Positions 21,697 through 32,619 are shown, numbered from the stretch's first letter. The stretch is DNA of 57,330 bases from Cytophagaceae bacterium (GCA_947486835.1 CANKVC010000001.1:1-57330), one strand, 5' to 3'. Program-made: numbers and translations. Notes: generated from the sequence alone by a model not told the origin.

Positions 21697-22984
21697 TCAT
21701 TTAGCTAGCATAAAAGCCCGTTTTGGAATTATTGGAAATTCTCCATTGTTGATTCATGCCATATCCATCGCTGAACAAGTGGCTCCTACCGACATGACTG
21801 TGTTAATTACGGGTGAAAGTGGATCAGGTAAGGAGTCTTTTTCTAAAATAATACATTCTTTATCCAAAAGAAAACATGGTCAGTTTATAGCGGTCAACTG
21901 CGGAGCTATCCCAGAGGGGACCATAGATTCAGAATTATTTGGACATGAAAAAGGATCTTTTACGGGTGCAATAGAAGCAAGAAAAGGGTATTTTGAGGTT
22001 ACAGATGGTGGTACAATTTTCCTAGATGAGATAGCTGAAATGCCACTAGGCACACAAGCTAGATTGCTTCGTGTACTAGAAAATGGAGAATTTCTTAGAG
22101 TGGGATCATCGAAAGTTCAAAGAACAAATACGCGCGTTGTGGCGGCTACCAACTTAAACCTTCAAAATGCCATTGAAAAAGGAAAATTCAGAGAAGATTT
22201 ATTTTATCGATTAAGTACAGTTCCTATTTATGTTCCACCTTTAAGAGAAAGAGGCGGAGATATTGAATTATTATTCAGAAAATTTACCACTGATTTTTCC
22301 GAATCACATCGAGTTAAGCCGATTTCATTAACGAATGAAGCTAAAAATTTGCTGCAGAAGCAACGCTTTCCAGGTAATATACGCCAATTAAAAAATTTAG
22401 CTGAACAAATATCTGTTTTAGAAATTGGTGATCGAATTGTTGATGAAGAAAGACTCCAATATTATTTAGACTTTAATGAGCCAAAATTAAACTCAACCGT
22501 TGTTAAGGGAGAATATTTCCAAAATTCTGAGGGTATCAATGAAAGAGAAATTCTATATAAAATTCTTTTTGACCTCAAAAAAGATGTCACTGAATTAAAA
22601 AAGATATTGCTTAAGTTAATTGAAAGTGGAAATTCGAATGCTTATGATATCCTTTCTGAAAACATGTCCATTTTTGAAGACATAAAAGAAAACGAAGAGG
22701 ATCATATACGCAATAAAGCACTCCCAACGCATCAAAATGATGTTACAACTAATTTAAATATACACTCCGACAATTTAATTTCGGAATCAGAAGATGCGCA
22801 GTTTGAAGAAATAATTACCAATCCGGATGTAACCCTTTCTTTGGAAAAGCAAGAAAAAGAAATCATCATTAGGGCATTAAAGAAAAACAAGAATAAGCGT
22901 AAATATGCGGCAAAAGATTTAGGTATTTCTGAAAGAACATTATATCGTAAAATAAAACAATATGACCTGGAAGATAATGTATAA
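21686..22984 (+). CDS. Sigma-54-dependent enhancer-binding activator lacking an N-terminal sensor domain
   Basis: AAA+ domain starts at about residue 13 (FGIIGNS); [43 protein letters not shown]; Fis-type [18 protein letters not shown]. Confidence 0.93.
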   Translation: MENSHLASIKARFGIIGNSPLLIHAISIAEQVAPTDMTVLITGESGSGKESFSKIIHSLSKRKHGQFIAVNCGAIPEGTIDSELFGHEKGSFTGAIEARKGYFEVTDGGTIFLDEIAEMPLGTQARLLRVLENGEFLRVGSSKVQRTNTRVVAATNLNLQNAIEKGKFREDLFYRLSTVPIYVPPLRERGGDIELLFRKFTTDFSESHRVKPISLTNEAKNLLQKQRFPGNIRQLKNLAEQISVLEIGDRIVDEERLQYYLDFNEPKLNSTVVKGEYFQNSEGINEREILYKILFDLKKDVTELKKILLKLIESGNSNAYDILSENMSIFEDIKENEEDHIRNKALPTHQNDVTTNLNIHSDNLISESEDAQFEEIITNPDVTLSLEKQEKEIIIRALKKNKNKRKYAAKDLGISERTLYRKIKQYDLEDNV

Positions 22985-23471
22985 TAAAATTTTGATCTGT
23001 TTGTTGGCTCCTTTGTTTCTTAGCTCATGTTATAGCTTTAAAGGAGCGAGTCTCTCACAAGATTTGAAAACGATACAAATTAATAATATTCGAATGGAGA
23101 CTGCTGGAGGTCCTACGAATTTAGGTTTAACTATAAATGAAAAAGTAAAAGAGTATTTTCAAAGAAATACAACTTTAAAAATTATCAATCAAAACCCTGA
23201 TTTATTACTTGAAGGAACGATTGTTGGATATGAAATGACTCCACAGGCTCCCACATCGGATGATAAAGCTGGATTAAACAGATTAACTTTGAAAATACAA
23301 TTTTCATTAGTGAACCGATTAGATGAAACGAAGAACTTTGACCAAGAATTTAGTTTTTATCAAGATTTTCCACAAAATCAAACATTAACACAGGTAGAAA
23401 AAAATCTAATTCCTAAATTAGTAGACCAAATTATTTTAGATCTTTTCAATAAAATTGCAGGCGATTGGTAA
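22977..23471 (+). CDS. LptE-like LPS assembly lipoprotein
   Basis: Lipobox FLSSC-YSF; located in the miaB-bEBP-secG block; start placed at ATG 22977. Confidence 0.75.
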   Translation: MYNKILICLLAPLFLSSCYSFKGASLSQDLKTIQINNIRMETAGGPTNLGLTINEKVKEYFQRNTTLKIINQNPDLLLEGTIVGYEMTPQAPTSDDKAGLNRLTLKIQFSLVNRLDETKNFDQEFSFYQDFPQNQTLTQVEKNLIPKLVDQIILDLFNKIAGDW

Positions 23472-24019
23472 TGAATTTAGAAAAAGCTCAAAAATTATGG
23501 TTTTTACTTCATCGATTTGATCGTACAAATCGAACTGATTTAGCTATTTTTAATGCTGATAAAGACAGGTATCCATTTTTTTATTTGTTGCATTGGAATG
23601 AGAAACATAATATAAGTCAACAAAGAAAAGTGGCGTTGAAATCTAATTCTAGATTAAATTACTTTAAGTCTATCCGTGATATTGAAACGATTGAGATAGA
23701 GAATCCATTTGAATTTGATGATAAATCAGAGAATTTAAATAATGTTCAGGCACAATTAATAGAAGATTTTTTATTAAAAATGCCAACAATCACTAAAATC
23801 AAAAAGGGTTCGAATGAAAGCGAATTAAACGAAGATGTAGACTTTTCGGAAGTTACCTACCATCCGCCAACAACGGAATCTTATGCCATCATATTAGAAA
23901 AACAAGGTAAATATGATTTAGCAATTAAAGTATATGAAAAATTAAGTTTGGCTAAACCTGAAAAAAGGCTTTACTTTGCATCTCGAATTTCAGAAATAGC
24001 TTTTAAAATAAATAATTAA
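23471..24019 (+). CDS. Hypothetical protein with C-terminal TPR
   Basis: TESYAIILEKQGKYDLAIKVYEKLSLAKPEKRLYFA. Confidence 0.75.
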   Translation: MNLEKAQKLWFLLHRFDRTNRTDLAIFNADKDRYPFFYLLHWNEKHNISQQRKVALKSNSRLNYFKSIRDIETIEIENPFEFDDKSENLNNVQAQLIEDFLLKMPTITKIKKGSNESELNEDVDFSEVTYHPPTTESYAIILEKQGKYDLAIKVYEKLSLAKPEKRLYFASRISEIAFKINN

Positions 24020-24025
24020 CTAAAT

Positions 24026-24346
24026 ATGTTTACTTTATTAATTTCCCTTATCGTCATATTCTCAGCATTGTTAATCATACTTATTTTGGTGCAAAATCCA
24101 AAAGGAGGAGGTATTAATGGAGAATTTAATCCCACTGGAGCTACTCAAATGTTTGGTGTACAAAAAACGGGTGATTTAGTTGAACAATTAACCTGGGGGT
24201 TTTCAATTACCATTTTAGTATTGGTTTTATTAACAAATTTTACAATTTCCTCTAATTCACCGGATGCTGTACAATCAGTTAACGTAGAAAAGGCCGCAGG
24301 AAAAACTATTCCAACGGCACCAGCACCAAAACCAATGACCAAATAA
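24026..24346 (+). CDS. secG: Preprotein translocase subunit SecG
   Basis: LILVQNPKGGG, two TM helices, LVEQLTW. Confidence 0.92.
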   Translation: MFTLLISLIVIFSALLIILILVQNPKGGGINGEFNPTGATQMFGVQKTGDLVEQLTWGFSITILVLVLLTNFTISSNSPDAVQSVNVEKAAGKTIPTAPAPKPMTK

Positions 24347-24390
24347 TAACTGACAATTTTTCAGTTATTATTCAATGGCATACATCTTGA
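24342..24390 (+). promoter_or_regulatory. 12-bp perfect inverted repeat plus sigma-54-like -24/-12 promoter upstream of groES
   Basis: AATAATAACTGA-CAATTTT-TCAGTTATTATT (24342-24372), then TGGCATACATCTTGA (24376-24390; GG-N10-GA versus consensus GG-N10-GC). Confidence 0.55.
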
Positions 24391-24456
24391 TATGTAATGT
24401 CGAAATTCTTTAATAAAAGAGTTTATTATACGTTTAAAAACCTAAATTCATAAAAC

Positions 24457-24735
24457 ATGTCAAAGTTAACTATTAAGCCCTTAGCAGACAGGGTTATTGT
24501 TGAACCGGCTGCAGCTGAAGAAAAAACTGCATATGGAATTATCATTCCAGATACCGCAAAAGAAAAACCACAAAAAGGTATCGTAGTGGCAGTTGGCAAT
24601 GGAAAAAAAGATGAGCCTATTACTGTTAAGGTAGGTGATGATGTATTGTATGGCAAATACTCTGGAACTGAAATCACAATTGAAGGAAAAGATTATTTAA
24701 TCATGCGAGAATCAGACATTTTTGCAGTTTTGTAA
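24457..24735 (+). CDS. groES: Co-chaperonin GroES
   Basis: [30 protein letters not shown]. Confidence 0.98.
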   Translation: MSKLTIKPLADRVIVEPAAAEEKTAYGIIIPDTAKEKPQKGIVVAVGNGKKDEPITVKVGDDVLYGKYSGTEITIEGKDYLIMRESDIFAVL

Positions 24736-24774
24736 ATCATAAAATTTAAAAATCACAAATAAAGAATTAATCAC

Positions 24775-26406
24775 ATGGCTAAGGAATTATTTTTTGACAG
24801 CGAAGCTCGCGAAAAAATGAAAAGAGGGGTTGATACCCTTGCTAATGCTGTTAAAGTTACATTAGGACCTAAAGGTCGTAACGTTATTATTGACAAGAAA
24901 TTTGGTTCACCTCAAATCACAAAAGATGGGGTAACTGTAGCAAAAGAAATTGAATTAGAAGATGCTGTTGAGAACATGGGAGCTCAATTAGTTAAAGAAG
25001 TTGCTTCCAAAACTGCAGATCAAGCAGGAGATGGTACAACTACTGCAACTGTTTTAGCACAATCAATATATACGATCGGTTCAAAAAATGTGGCTGCTGG
25101 AGCTAATCCAATGGACCTAAAGAAAGGGATTGAGAAAGCGGTAGACGCCATTGTTAAAGATCTAAAGAAACAATCACGTCCGATTACAACATCGAACGAA
25201 ATTGCTCAGGTGGCTACTATTTCAGCTAACAATGATTCGGAAATTGGCAAAATGATTTCATCGGCTATGGATAAAGTAGGTCGTGAAGGAGTTATCACCG
25301 TTGAAGAAGCAAGAGGAACTGAAACAGAAGTAAAGACTGTAGAAGGTATGCAATTTGACAGAGGTTATTTATCTGCCTATTTTGTTACTAACACTGACAA
25401 AATGGAAGTGGAATTAGAGAAACCTTTTATCTTAATTTCAGAGAAAAAAGTATCTTCGATGAAAGAATTACTACCCGTATTAGAAGTAGTAGCTCAAACA
25501 GGTCGTCCTCTATTAATTATTTCAGAAGATGTAGACGGTGAAGCATTAGCTACTCTAGTAGTTAATAAAATCCGTGGTGCTCTGAAAGTAGCTGCTGTGA
25601 AGGCTCCAGGATTTGGAGACCGCAGAAAAGCTATGTTAGAAGATATCGCAATTTTGACTGGTGGAACTGTTATCGCAGAAGAAAGAGGATTTAAGCTTGA
25701 GAATGCTACAATAGAATATTTAGGTCAAGCTGATAAAATTATTATCGACAAAGACAATACAACTATTGTTAATGGTTCTGGTTCAAAAGATGATATAAAC
25801 AATCGTGTGAATCAAATTAAATCTCAAATTGAGAACACTACATCTGATTATGATCGTGAGAAATTACAAGAGCGTTTAGCCAAATTATCTGGCGGTGTAG
25901 CTATCTTGTATATTGGAGCGGCTACAGAAGTAGAAATGAAAGAGAAAAAAGATCGTGTTGACGATGCATTGCACGCAACTAGAGCTGCTGTTGAAGAAGG
26001 TATTATTGCTGGTGGTGGAGTTGCTTTGATTCGTGCTATTGGTTCTTTAGATAAGTTGAAAGGCGAAAATGAAGATCAAATGACAGGAATTAACATCATT
26101 CGTCAAGCAGTAGAATCTCCATTGAGAACTATAGTTGCCAACGCAGGTGGAGAAGCTTCCGTTGTTGTAAATGCAGTTCGTGCAGGTAAAGACGATTTTG
26201 GATATAATGCTCGTGAAGATAAATACGAAAATATGATCGCAGCAGGTATTATCGACCCAACAAAAGTAACCCGTTTGGCTTTAGAAAATGCAGCATCCAT
26301 TGCTGGACTTTTATTGACTACGGAATGTGTCATTGCTGATAAACCAGCCAACGAGCCAGCGCATAGTCATGCACCTGGTGGTGGTGGAATGGGCGGCATG
26401 ATGTAA
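24775..26406 (+). CDS. groEL: Chaperonin GroEL
   Basis: [38 protein letters not shown] tail. Confidence 0.99.
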   Translation: MAKELFFDSEAREKMKRGVDTLANAVKVTLGPKGRNVIIDKKFGSPQITKDGVTVAKEIELEDAVENMGAQLVKEVASKTADQAGDGTTTATVLAQSIYTIGSKNVAAGANPMDLKKGIEKAVDAIVKDLKKQSRPITTSNEIAQVATISANNDSEIGKMISSAMDKVGREGVITVEEARGTETEVKTVEGMQFDRGYLSAYFVTNTDKMEVELEKPFILISEKKVSSMKELLPVLEVVAQTGRPLLIISEDVDGEALATLVVNKIRGALKVAAVKAPGFGDRRKAMLEDIAILTGGTVIAEERGFKLENATIEYLGQADKIIIDKDNTTIVNGSGSKDDINNRVNQIKSQIENTTSDYDREKLQERLAKLSGGVAILYIGAATEVEMKEKKDRVDDALHATRAAVEEGIIAGGGVALIRAIGSLDKLKGENEDQMTGINIIRQAVESPLRTIVANAGGEASVVVNAVRAGKDDFGYNAREDKYENMIAAGIIDPTKVTRLALENAASIAGLLLTTECVIADKPANEPAHSHAPGGGGMGGMM

Positions 26407-26427
26407 ATTTAATTTCATTATTAGCTT

Positions 26428-26456
26428 AAAACTCCCCATATTTGGGGAGTTTTTTT
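26428..26456 (+). terminator. Rho-independent terminator after groEL
   Basis: AAAACTCCCCA-TATT-TGGGGAGTTTTTTT. Confidence 0.88.
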
Positions 26457-26465
26457 ATGTACCAT

Positions 26466-26990
26466 ATGAAGAGAATTGCAATAGATATGGATGATGTGTT
26501 GGCGGATACAACAGTCAAAATCATTCATACCATCAATAGCCTACTAGATAAAAATTATTCCTACGAAGAATTAATGTCAGATAGACTGGCACGAGAACGA
26601 TTTCTTAAAGATTACTTGGCCAATAATTCATTTCTTTGGCAACCTGGTTTTTTCTTAGATGTACCCGTTAAAAACAAAGCGGTTCAGATAGTTCAACAAC
26701 TAAGTGAAAGCTACGAAATCTTCATTGTCTCTGCAGCTACTGAATTTCCCGAATCTTTAAAAGAAAAATTGATTTGGATGAAACAACACTTTCCTTTCAT
26801 TTCATGGACTCATATTGTATTTTGTGGACATAAGTACATGATTCAAGCTGATTATCTAATTGATGATCACGAGAAGAATTTAAAAACCTTTAGTGGTACT
26901 CCTCTCCTATTTACAGCACCACATAACTTACACATACATGAATACCAACGTGTCGACACTTGGGATGCAGTAGCCAATCTTTTATTATAA
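26466..26990 (+). CDS. 5'(3')-deoxyribonucleotidase (NT5C, HAD family)
   Basis: IAIDMDDVLAD, EKLIWMKQHFPF, DYLIDD; start placed at ATG 26466 because the ORF-track start lies in the terminator. Confidence 0.9.
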   Translation: MKRIAIDMDDVLADTTVKIIHTINSLLDKNYSYEELMSDRLARERFLKDYLANNSFLWQPGFFLDVPVKNKAVQIVQQLSESYEIFIVSAATEFPESLKEKLIWMKQHFPFISWTHIVFCGHKYMIQADYLIDDHEKNLKTFSGTPLLFTAPHNLHIHEYQRVDTWDAVANLLL

Positions 26991-26998
26991 TCAATTTA

Positions 26999-28147
26999 AT
27001 GTTTAAAAATAGGGCGTCTATTAGTTTGCTATTTTTCCTTTGTGGAATAAATTTTGCAAGTTGGGCCACAAGAATTCCAGATTTTAAAGAAAAATTACAT
27101 TTAACTGATTCGGAATTAGGTACCATTTTGTTAGGCTTACCTATAGGATCACTTATATCATTACCTTTAGCCGGTTGGTTAATCACAAAATATGAGTCAA
27201 AGTGGATATGTTTAACAGCGATTGTTATGTACATATTTATCATGCCCATCTTAGGTTATTCACCTAATTCTTTCGGATTATTTATTGCCCTATTTTTATT
27301 TGGAATGGCTGGAGATATCTTAAATATCGCCATGAATACTCAAGTGGTCACTTTGGAAAAGAGTATGAATAAGACCATCATGTCAAGCTTTCATGCTCTT
27401 TTTTCTCTCGGATTGATGTTGGGAGCATTAAGCGGGGGCATAATTTTAAATTATAAGGTTTCAAGTTTCAACCATTTATTGGTCATAGGAGGTCTGAATT
27501 TTTTATCGATCCCATTCTTTTTGTCAAATTTATTACCTGATCATTTTAAAAAGAACAATGAGTCACAAGAAGGAAAAAAGAAATCGTTTTTTGATTTAGG
27601 CCCTCATCTATTTACCCTATCATTTATTGCATTCTGTGGAATGCTATGTGAGGGAGCCATGGCTGATTGGATAACGCTATATTTTAAAGAATCGACCTTC
27701 ATATCTACATTTCCTACTACCATTGGATTTACATCCTTTGCTCTATCTATGGTTATTGGAAGATCCATGGGCGATTATGTGGCCAAATTATTTTCGATAA
27801 AAAATATCTTAACCTTAAATGGTATACTAATTAGTCTAGGCCTACTCATAACATTAATGACCACGAACGAATATATCATGATAATCGGTTGTTTAATTGC
27901 AGGCATAGGCATATCTACCATTATACCCATCATATATTCTGAAGCAGGTAAATCAAAAAATATATCACCATCAGTAGCGATTGCAAGCGTGTCTACCATA
28001 GCATACGTTGGATTCCTCGTTGGCCCAGTATTTATCGGCTACTTATCTGATTATTTGGGATTAAACAAAGCCTTATACTTATTAGTCTTTTTAGGAATAA
28101 TTGCAAGCTTATTGTCTAAATTCAAATTGACAGATCAAGAAAACTAG
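26999..28147 (+). CDS. MFS transporter
   Basis: About 12 TMs; FASWATRIP, MSSFHALFSLG, CEGAMADW, GFLVGPVFIG. Confidence 0.9.
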   Translation: MFKNRASISLLFFLCGINFASWATRIPDFKEKLHLTDSELGTILLGLPIGSLISLPLAGWLITKYESKWICLTAIVMYIFIMPILGYSPNSFGLFIALFLFGMAGDILNIAMNTQVVTLEKSMNKTIMSSFHALFSLGLMLGALSGGIILNYKVSSFNHLLVIGGLNFLSIPFFLSNLLPDHFKKNNESQEGKKKSFFDLGPHLFTLSFIAFCGMLCEGAMADWITLYFKESTFISTFPTTIGFTSFALSMVIGRSMGDYVAKLFSIKNILTLNGILISLGLLITLMTTNEYIMIIGCLIAGIGISTIIPIIYSEAGKSKNISPSVAIASVSTIAYVGFLVGPVFIGYLSDYLGLNKALYLLVFLGIIASLLSKFKLTDQEN

Positions 28148-28157
28148 ATTCTATTAT

Positions 28158-28610
28158 TTATAAATCGATGTGCACATTAATCCATTCAGAGTCAAAACGA
28201 GCATCATATTTTTTATAAAATTCAATAGCGGGTGAATTCCAATCTAAGACTTGCCACATGAGTCCTTTTGAATTTGTTGCTTTCGCTTCTTCAATGGTAG
28301 CCTCCATTAAAAGTTTTCCATATCCTTTTGACCTGTATTCGCTTTTAACGAACAAATCTTCGAGATACAACCTCTTGCCTTTCCAAGTAGAAAAACGGAA
28401 ATACCAAAGAGAGAAACCGACCAATTGATCATTTTCGAATAATATAAAGGCATCAAATAACGGCTTATCTGAAAAACCATTTATTTCATAATCTTCTATT
28501 GTCGCTGTTACTTCTTCGGGAGCTCGTTCAAATAAAGCTAATTCTTTAACCAAAGAAAAGATTAATGGGATATCAAATGATTCCGCTTTACGTAAGATTA
28601 TTTTATCCAT
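28158..28610 (-). CDS. GNAT N-acetyltransferase (SSAT/diamine acetyltransferase-like)
   Basis: FSTWKGKRLYLEDLFV, YRSKGYG, VLDWNSPAIEFY. Confidence 0.88.
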   Translation of the reverse strand: MDKIILRKAESFDIPLIFSLVKELALFERAPEEVTATIEDYEINGFSDKPLFDAFILFENDQLVGFSLWYFRFSTWKGKRLYLEDLFVKSEYRSKGYGKLLMEATIEEAKATNSKGLMWQVLDWNSPAIEFYKKYDARFDSEWINVHIDL

Positions 28611-29631
28611 TAGTGACATTTCTTAATTTAGTTAATAAATCTTCCATATCAGATGGAAATTTTCTCTCAAAATAAATCCATTCTTTGGATATAGGATGTT
28701 CAAAACCTAGTGAATAAGCATGTAAAGCTTGCCTAGGACATGTTTGAAACATATTTTCGACAAATGATTTAAAATTAGCCATGTGACTCATGTATCTGAT
28801 TTTATCCCCTCCATAGGAACTATCAGATATCAATGGATGTCCCATAGACAAAGCATGGGCACGAATTTGATGTGTGCGACCTGTTTCTAACTGAAATTTA
28901 AGCAGAGAACAAAAGCCAAATGATTCCACAACTTCATAATGCGAAATAGCTAATTTGCCTTCATCATAATCTTCCGGAAATATGGCCATCACTTTCCTAT
29001 CTTTCGGATTTCGAGCAATTTTACCTCTTAACGTTCCAGTTGTATTTTTAGGCACCCCCCAACAAACCGCATAATAGGTTCTTTGAATGGTGTGATCAAA
29101 AAATTGTTTGGCAAGATAAGTCAATGCAAATTCCGATTTAGCCACGACAAGAATTCCTGAAGTGTCCTTATCGATTCGATGAACTAATCCTGGCCTAATT
29201 TCTTGTTTACCAGGAAGTTGTTGGCAATGATATAATAAGGCATTGACTAAAGTTCCAGACCAATTGCCATGAGCGGGATGAACCACCATACCAGCAGCCT
29301 TATCCACTAGCAAAACATCTTCATCTTCATATATAATAGAAATAGGAATATCTTCTGCATATAAATCTTTATCTCGAGGTGGCTGAGAAAAAGAAACAGA
29401 AATGGAATCAAGGGGCTTAACGCGATAATTAGGTTTAATAATTCCCCCATTTACTTTAACAGAGCCAGCATCTATCCCTAATTGAATTTTAGATCGACTA
29501 GAATTAGAAATTTTAAGTTGTAAATATTTATCTATTCTAAGTAATTGTTGACCTTTGTCTACAACAAAATTAAAATGCTCAAATAAGTCATCTTCGGATT
29601 CAACTGGATCTAATTCTTCGTCAATGGACAT
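28603..29631 (-). CDS. rluD: RluD/RluA-family 23S rRNA pseudouridine synthase
   Basis: S4-like RIDKYL, DKAAGMVVHP, HRIDKDTSG, ETGRTHQIR, QALHA; start placed at ATG 29631. Confidence 0.88.
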   Translation of the reverse strand: MSIDEELDPVESEDDLFEHFNFVVDKGQQLLRIDKYLQLKISNSSRSKIQLGIDAGSVKVNGGIIKPNYRVKPLDSISVSFSQPPRDKDLYAEDIPISIIYEDEDVLLVDKAAGMVVHPAHGNWSGTLVNALLYHCQQLPGKQEIRPGLVHRIDKDTSGILVVAKSEFALTYLAKQFFDHTIQRTYYAVCWGVPKNTTGTLRGKIARNPKDRKVMAIFPEDYDEGKLAISHYEVVESFGFCSLLKFQLETGRTHQIRAHALSMGHPLISDSSYGGDKIRYMSHMANFKSFVENMFQTCPRQALHAYSLGFEHPISKEWIYFERKFPSDMEDLLTKLRNVTNG

Positions 29632-30499
29632 TTCTGAATTTACATTAAAACATTTACAACTACCATCTCCCATTCAAGAAATATTTGAAGATGAATGGCA
29701 AGAAAAAAAAATACAAGTATTTGTCAAAAGAGACGACTTGATACATCCAATTATTTCAGGTAATAAATGGCGCAAATTAAAGGAATATATTGGTTTAGCC
29801 CAAATAAATGCCTCTAATTCAATAATAAGTTTTGGAGGAGCCTATTCAAATCATTTATACGCTTTGTCATATGTTGGCAATCAATTTAATATAAAAACAA
29901 TAGGAATTATAAGAGGAAATGAATTGTCCATAAACAGCAATTCATATTTAAAGCAAATGTCAGAATGGGGAATGGATTTGCATTTTCTAGATAGGGAATC
30001 TTACCGAAAAAAAATAATCCCTGAAGAAATAGAAACAGAAAATGTAATCGTTATACCAGAAGGTGGCTTTTCAAAAGTAGGCGTATTAGGACTGGAAGGG
30101 TTAAAAAATGAATTAAATAAACAAATACAGGCTGACTACATTATTACTGCGGTTGGAACAGGAACGACAGCCATAGGAATTTCCAAATTCCTCAAAATAA
30201 AAACAATTGGAATACTCACCTTAAATAATTTAACAGAAATTGAACAAAATAGTCAGGAATTTGACCTAGATAACTTTTTAGAAATTAAAACAAATTACAT
30301 TTTCGGGAAATACGCAAAAGACTCTCAAGTTTTAAATGAATTTTGCGACACTTTTAACAAAAAACATCAAATATTAATAGAACCTACCTATACGGGAAGA
30401 ATGTTTTATGGATTATATGACTTAATCAGAAACAATTACTTCCCTAAAAATTCTAAGTTAATTGCCTTACATACAGGGGGAATAAAATTACCCCACTGA
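29624..30499 (+). CDS. ACC deaminase / D-cysteine desulfhydrase family PLP enzyme
   Basis: [46 protein letters not shown]; start placed at ATG 29624. Confidence 0.88.
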   Translation: MDISEFTLKHLQLPSPIQEIFEDEWQEKKIQVFVKRDDLIHPIISGNKWRKLKEYIGLAQINASNSIISFGGAYSNHLYALSYVGNQFNIKTIGIIRGNELSINSNSYLKQMSEWGMDLHFLDRESYRKKIIPEEIETENVIVIPEGGFSKVGVLGLEGLKNELNKQIQADYIITAVGTGTTAIGISKFLKIKTIGILTLNNLTEIEQNSQEFDLDNFLEIKTNYIFGKYAKDSQVLNEFCDTFNKKHQILIEPTYTGRMFYGLYDLIRNNYFPKNSKLIALHTGGIKLPH

Positions 30500-31936
30500 G
30501 CCTTCTAAAGATATAGCCAATAATTTCTGAGCTTCTACTGCAAATTCCATAGGAAGTTGATTTAATACTTCTTTCGCATACCCATTAACGATTAAGGCGA
30601 TAGCTGTCTCAGTAGATAAACCCCTTTGATTGCAATAAAATATCTGATCCTCTCCTATTTTAGAGGTTGTTGCTTCGTGTTCAACAGAAGAAGTTGGATT
30701 TTTAACTTCAAGGTATGGGAACGTGTGAGCCCCACACTTATCTCCTAATAGCAAGGAATCGCATTGGCTAAAGTTTTTGGCATGATCAGCTCTTTTGGAA
30801 ACCTGAACTAATCCACGATACGAATTTTGGGAAAAACCAGCTGAAATTCCTTTCGAAACAATTCTCGATTTTGAATGCTTACCCAAATGAATCATTTTGG
30901 TGCCGGTATCAGCTTGTTGGTAATTATTAGTCACCGCAACAGAGTAAAACTCTCCAATGGAATAATCTCCTTTCAAAACAACTGAAGGATATTTCCAAGT
31001 AACGGCAGAACCTGTTTCCACTTGAGTCCAAGATAATTTGGAATGAGCACCATCACAAATACCTCTCTTAGTCACAAAATTATAAATACCCCCTTTTCCT
31101 TCTTTATCCCCTGGATACCAGTTTTGAACAGTTGAATATTTCACTTCCGCACCGGAATGAACAAAAATCTCCACGACTGCTGCGTGCAATTGATTTTCAT
31201 CACGCATCGGAGCAGTACATCCTTCCAAATAACTCACGTATGATTCATCTTCAGCGACAATTAAAGTTCTTTCGAACTGTCCTGTACCTGAAGCATTAAT
31301 TCTAAAATAAGTAGACAACTCCATTGGACAACGAACTCCTTTGGGTATGAAACAGAAAGATCCGTCAGAAAAAACAGCAGAATTTAATGCAGCAAAATAA
31401 TTGTCCTTTACAGGCACAACGCTACCAAGGTACTTTTTTATCAATTCAGGGTGTTCTTTAACAGCTTCTGAAATGGAACAAAAAATGACACCTTTTTCAG
31501 ATAAGGTTTCTTTAAAAGTAGTGGCAACAGACACTGAATCAATGACTGCATCTACGGCAACATTCGATAATCTTTTTTGTTCATCAAGGCTAATACCTAA
31601 TTTCTCAAATGTCCTTCTAAGTTCAGGATCGATCTCATCTAAGGAGTTTAATTGCTTTTTTTGAACGGGAGCTGAATAATATTTTAACGATTGATAGTCT
31701 GTCGGCTTATATTTTACGTTCGCCCAAGTTGGCTCCTCTAACGTTTTCCAATGTCTAAAAGCAGCTAAACGCCAATTTAATAGCCAATCTGGTTCGTTTT
31801 TTTTCTCAGAGATAAAATGAATAGTAGATTCATCCAAACCAATGGGAGCTTCATCCGTTTCAAAAAATGATTCGAAACCATATTTATAATCTGAGCTAGT
31901 AACTTCTTGTAATATATCGTCTACTTTATCTGCCAT
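30488..31936 (-). CDS. sufB: Fe-S cluster assembly protein SufB
   Basis: [56 protein letters not shown]. Confidence 0.98.
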   Translation of the reverse strand: MADKVDDILQEVTSSDYKYGFESFFETDEAPIGLDESTIHFISEKKNEPDWLLNWRLAAFRHWKTLEEPTWANVKYKPTDYQSLKYYSAPVQKKQLNSLDEIDPELRRTFEKLGISLDEQKRLSNVAVDAVIDSVSVATTFKETLSEKGVIFCSISEAVKEHPELIKKYLGSVVPVKDNYFAALNSAVFSDGSFCFIPKGVRCPMELSTYFRINASGTGQFERTLIVAEDESYVSYLEGCTAPMRDENQLHAAVVEIFVHSGAEVKYSTVQNWYPGDKEGKGGIYNFVTKRGICDGAHSKLSWTQVETGSAVTWKYPSVVLKGDYSIGEFYSVAVTNNYQQADTGTKMIHLGKHSKSRIVSKGISAGFSQNSYRGLVQVSKRADHAKNFSQCDSLLLGDKCGAHTFPYLEVKNPTSSVEHEATTSKIGEDQIFYCNQRGLSTETAIALIVNGYAKEVLNQLPMEFAVEAQKLLAISLEGSVG

Positions 31937-31961
31937 AATAATTCAGTACATCTTAAAAGCC

Positions 31962-31969
31962 CAAAATTA
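31962..31969 (-). promoter_or_regulatory. -7 promoter box of sufB
   Basis: Minus-strand TAATTTTG 25 nt upstream of the sufB ATG. Confidence 0.5.
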
Positions 31970-32020
31970 CAAAATGAATTTTAAAGATTAAGCCAATTGT
32001 TTAGAATGGATATAAATAAA

Positions 32021-32485
32021 CTAAAATAATGGAGTATTTCTGATCAAACTTTCTTCTAACGAAATAAAAGTCTCAGTCCTTTGAATGCCATTAACTTTTT
32101 GAATTTTATCATGTAAAACTTCTCTAAGATGCTGAGTATCTCTACAAATAATTTTGGCGAATATCGAATATATGCCCGTCGTATAATGAATATTAACCAC
32201 CTCAGGTATTTCCTCAAGTTGTTTTGCTACATCTGCATATAAACTACTTTTATCTAGATATATACCCAAAAAAGCACATATATCCCACCCGATTTTTGAG
32301 TAATCAATGAGTAATTGTGAACCTTTTACGATACCTAAAGCTTGCATTTTTTTCATGCGAACATGTACCGTCCCCCCAGAAACTTCTAATCGATTCCCAA
32401 TTTCAGTAAAGGGTAAATTAGCATCTGATACTAAAATTTCTAATATTTTATAATCAAGTGGGTCAAGGTCTTGCTTACGATCCAT
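32021..32485 (-). CDS. asnC: Lrp/AsnC-family regulator, AsnC subfamily
   Basis: HTH GTVHVRMKKM and C-domain HYTTGIYSIFAKIIC...KIQKVNGIQRTETFISL resemble E. coli AsnC (GTIHVR, YTTGHYSIF, IQSTET; recalled, not aligned). Confidence 0.85.
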   Translation of the reverse strand: MDRKQDLDPLDYKILEILVSDANLPFTEIGNRLEVSGGTVHVRMKKMQALGIVKGSQLLIDYSKIGWDICAFLGIYLDKSSLYADVAKQLEEIPEVVNIHYTTGIYSIFAKIICRDTQHLREVLHDKIQKVNGIQRTETFISLEESLIRNTPLF

Positions 32486-32554
32486 GAATAAATTAAAATT
32501 AAATAGTGTATTTGTTAAAATATTTACAAAAAAAAGACAATTTTATTAAATAAT

Positions 32555-32585
32555 TTTGAATTTATACTTTACCGCATTATATTTG
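32555..32585 (+). promoter_or_regulatory. Bacteroidota -33/-7 promoter of the tRNA-like RNA
   Basis: TTTG (32555-32558), 19-nt spacer, TATATTTG (32578-32585). Confidence 0.65.
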
Positions 32586-32619
32586 TTGACTTATTAATTA
32601 CAAAGGTAGTTAAATTTAT

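Noticed and set aside
24342-24372. CIRCE element upstream of groES
   Set aside because: The repeat does not match TTAGCACTC-N9-GAGTGCTAA.
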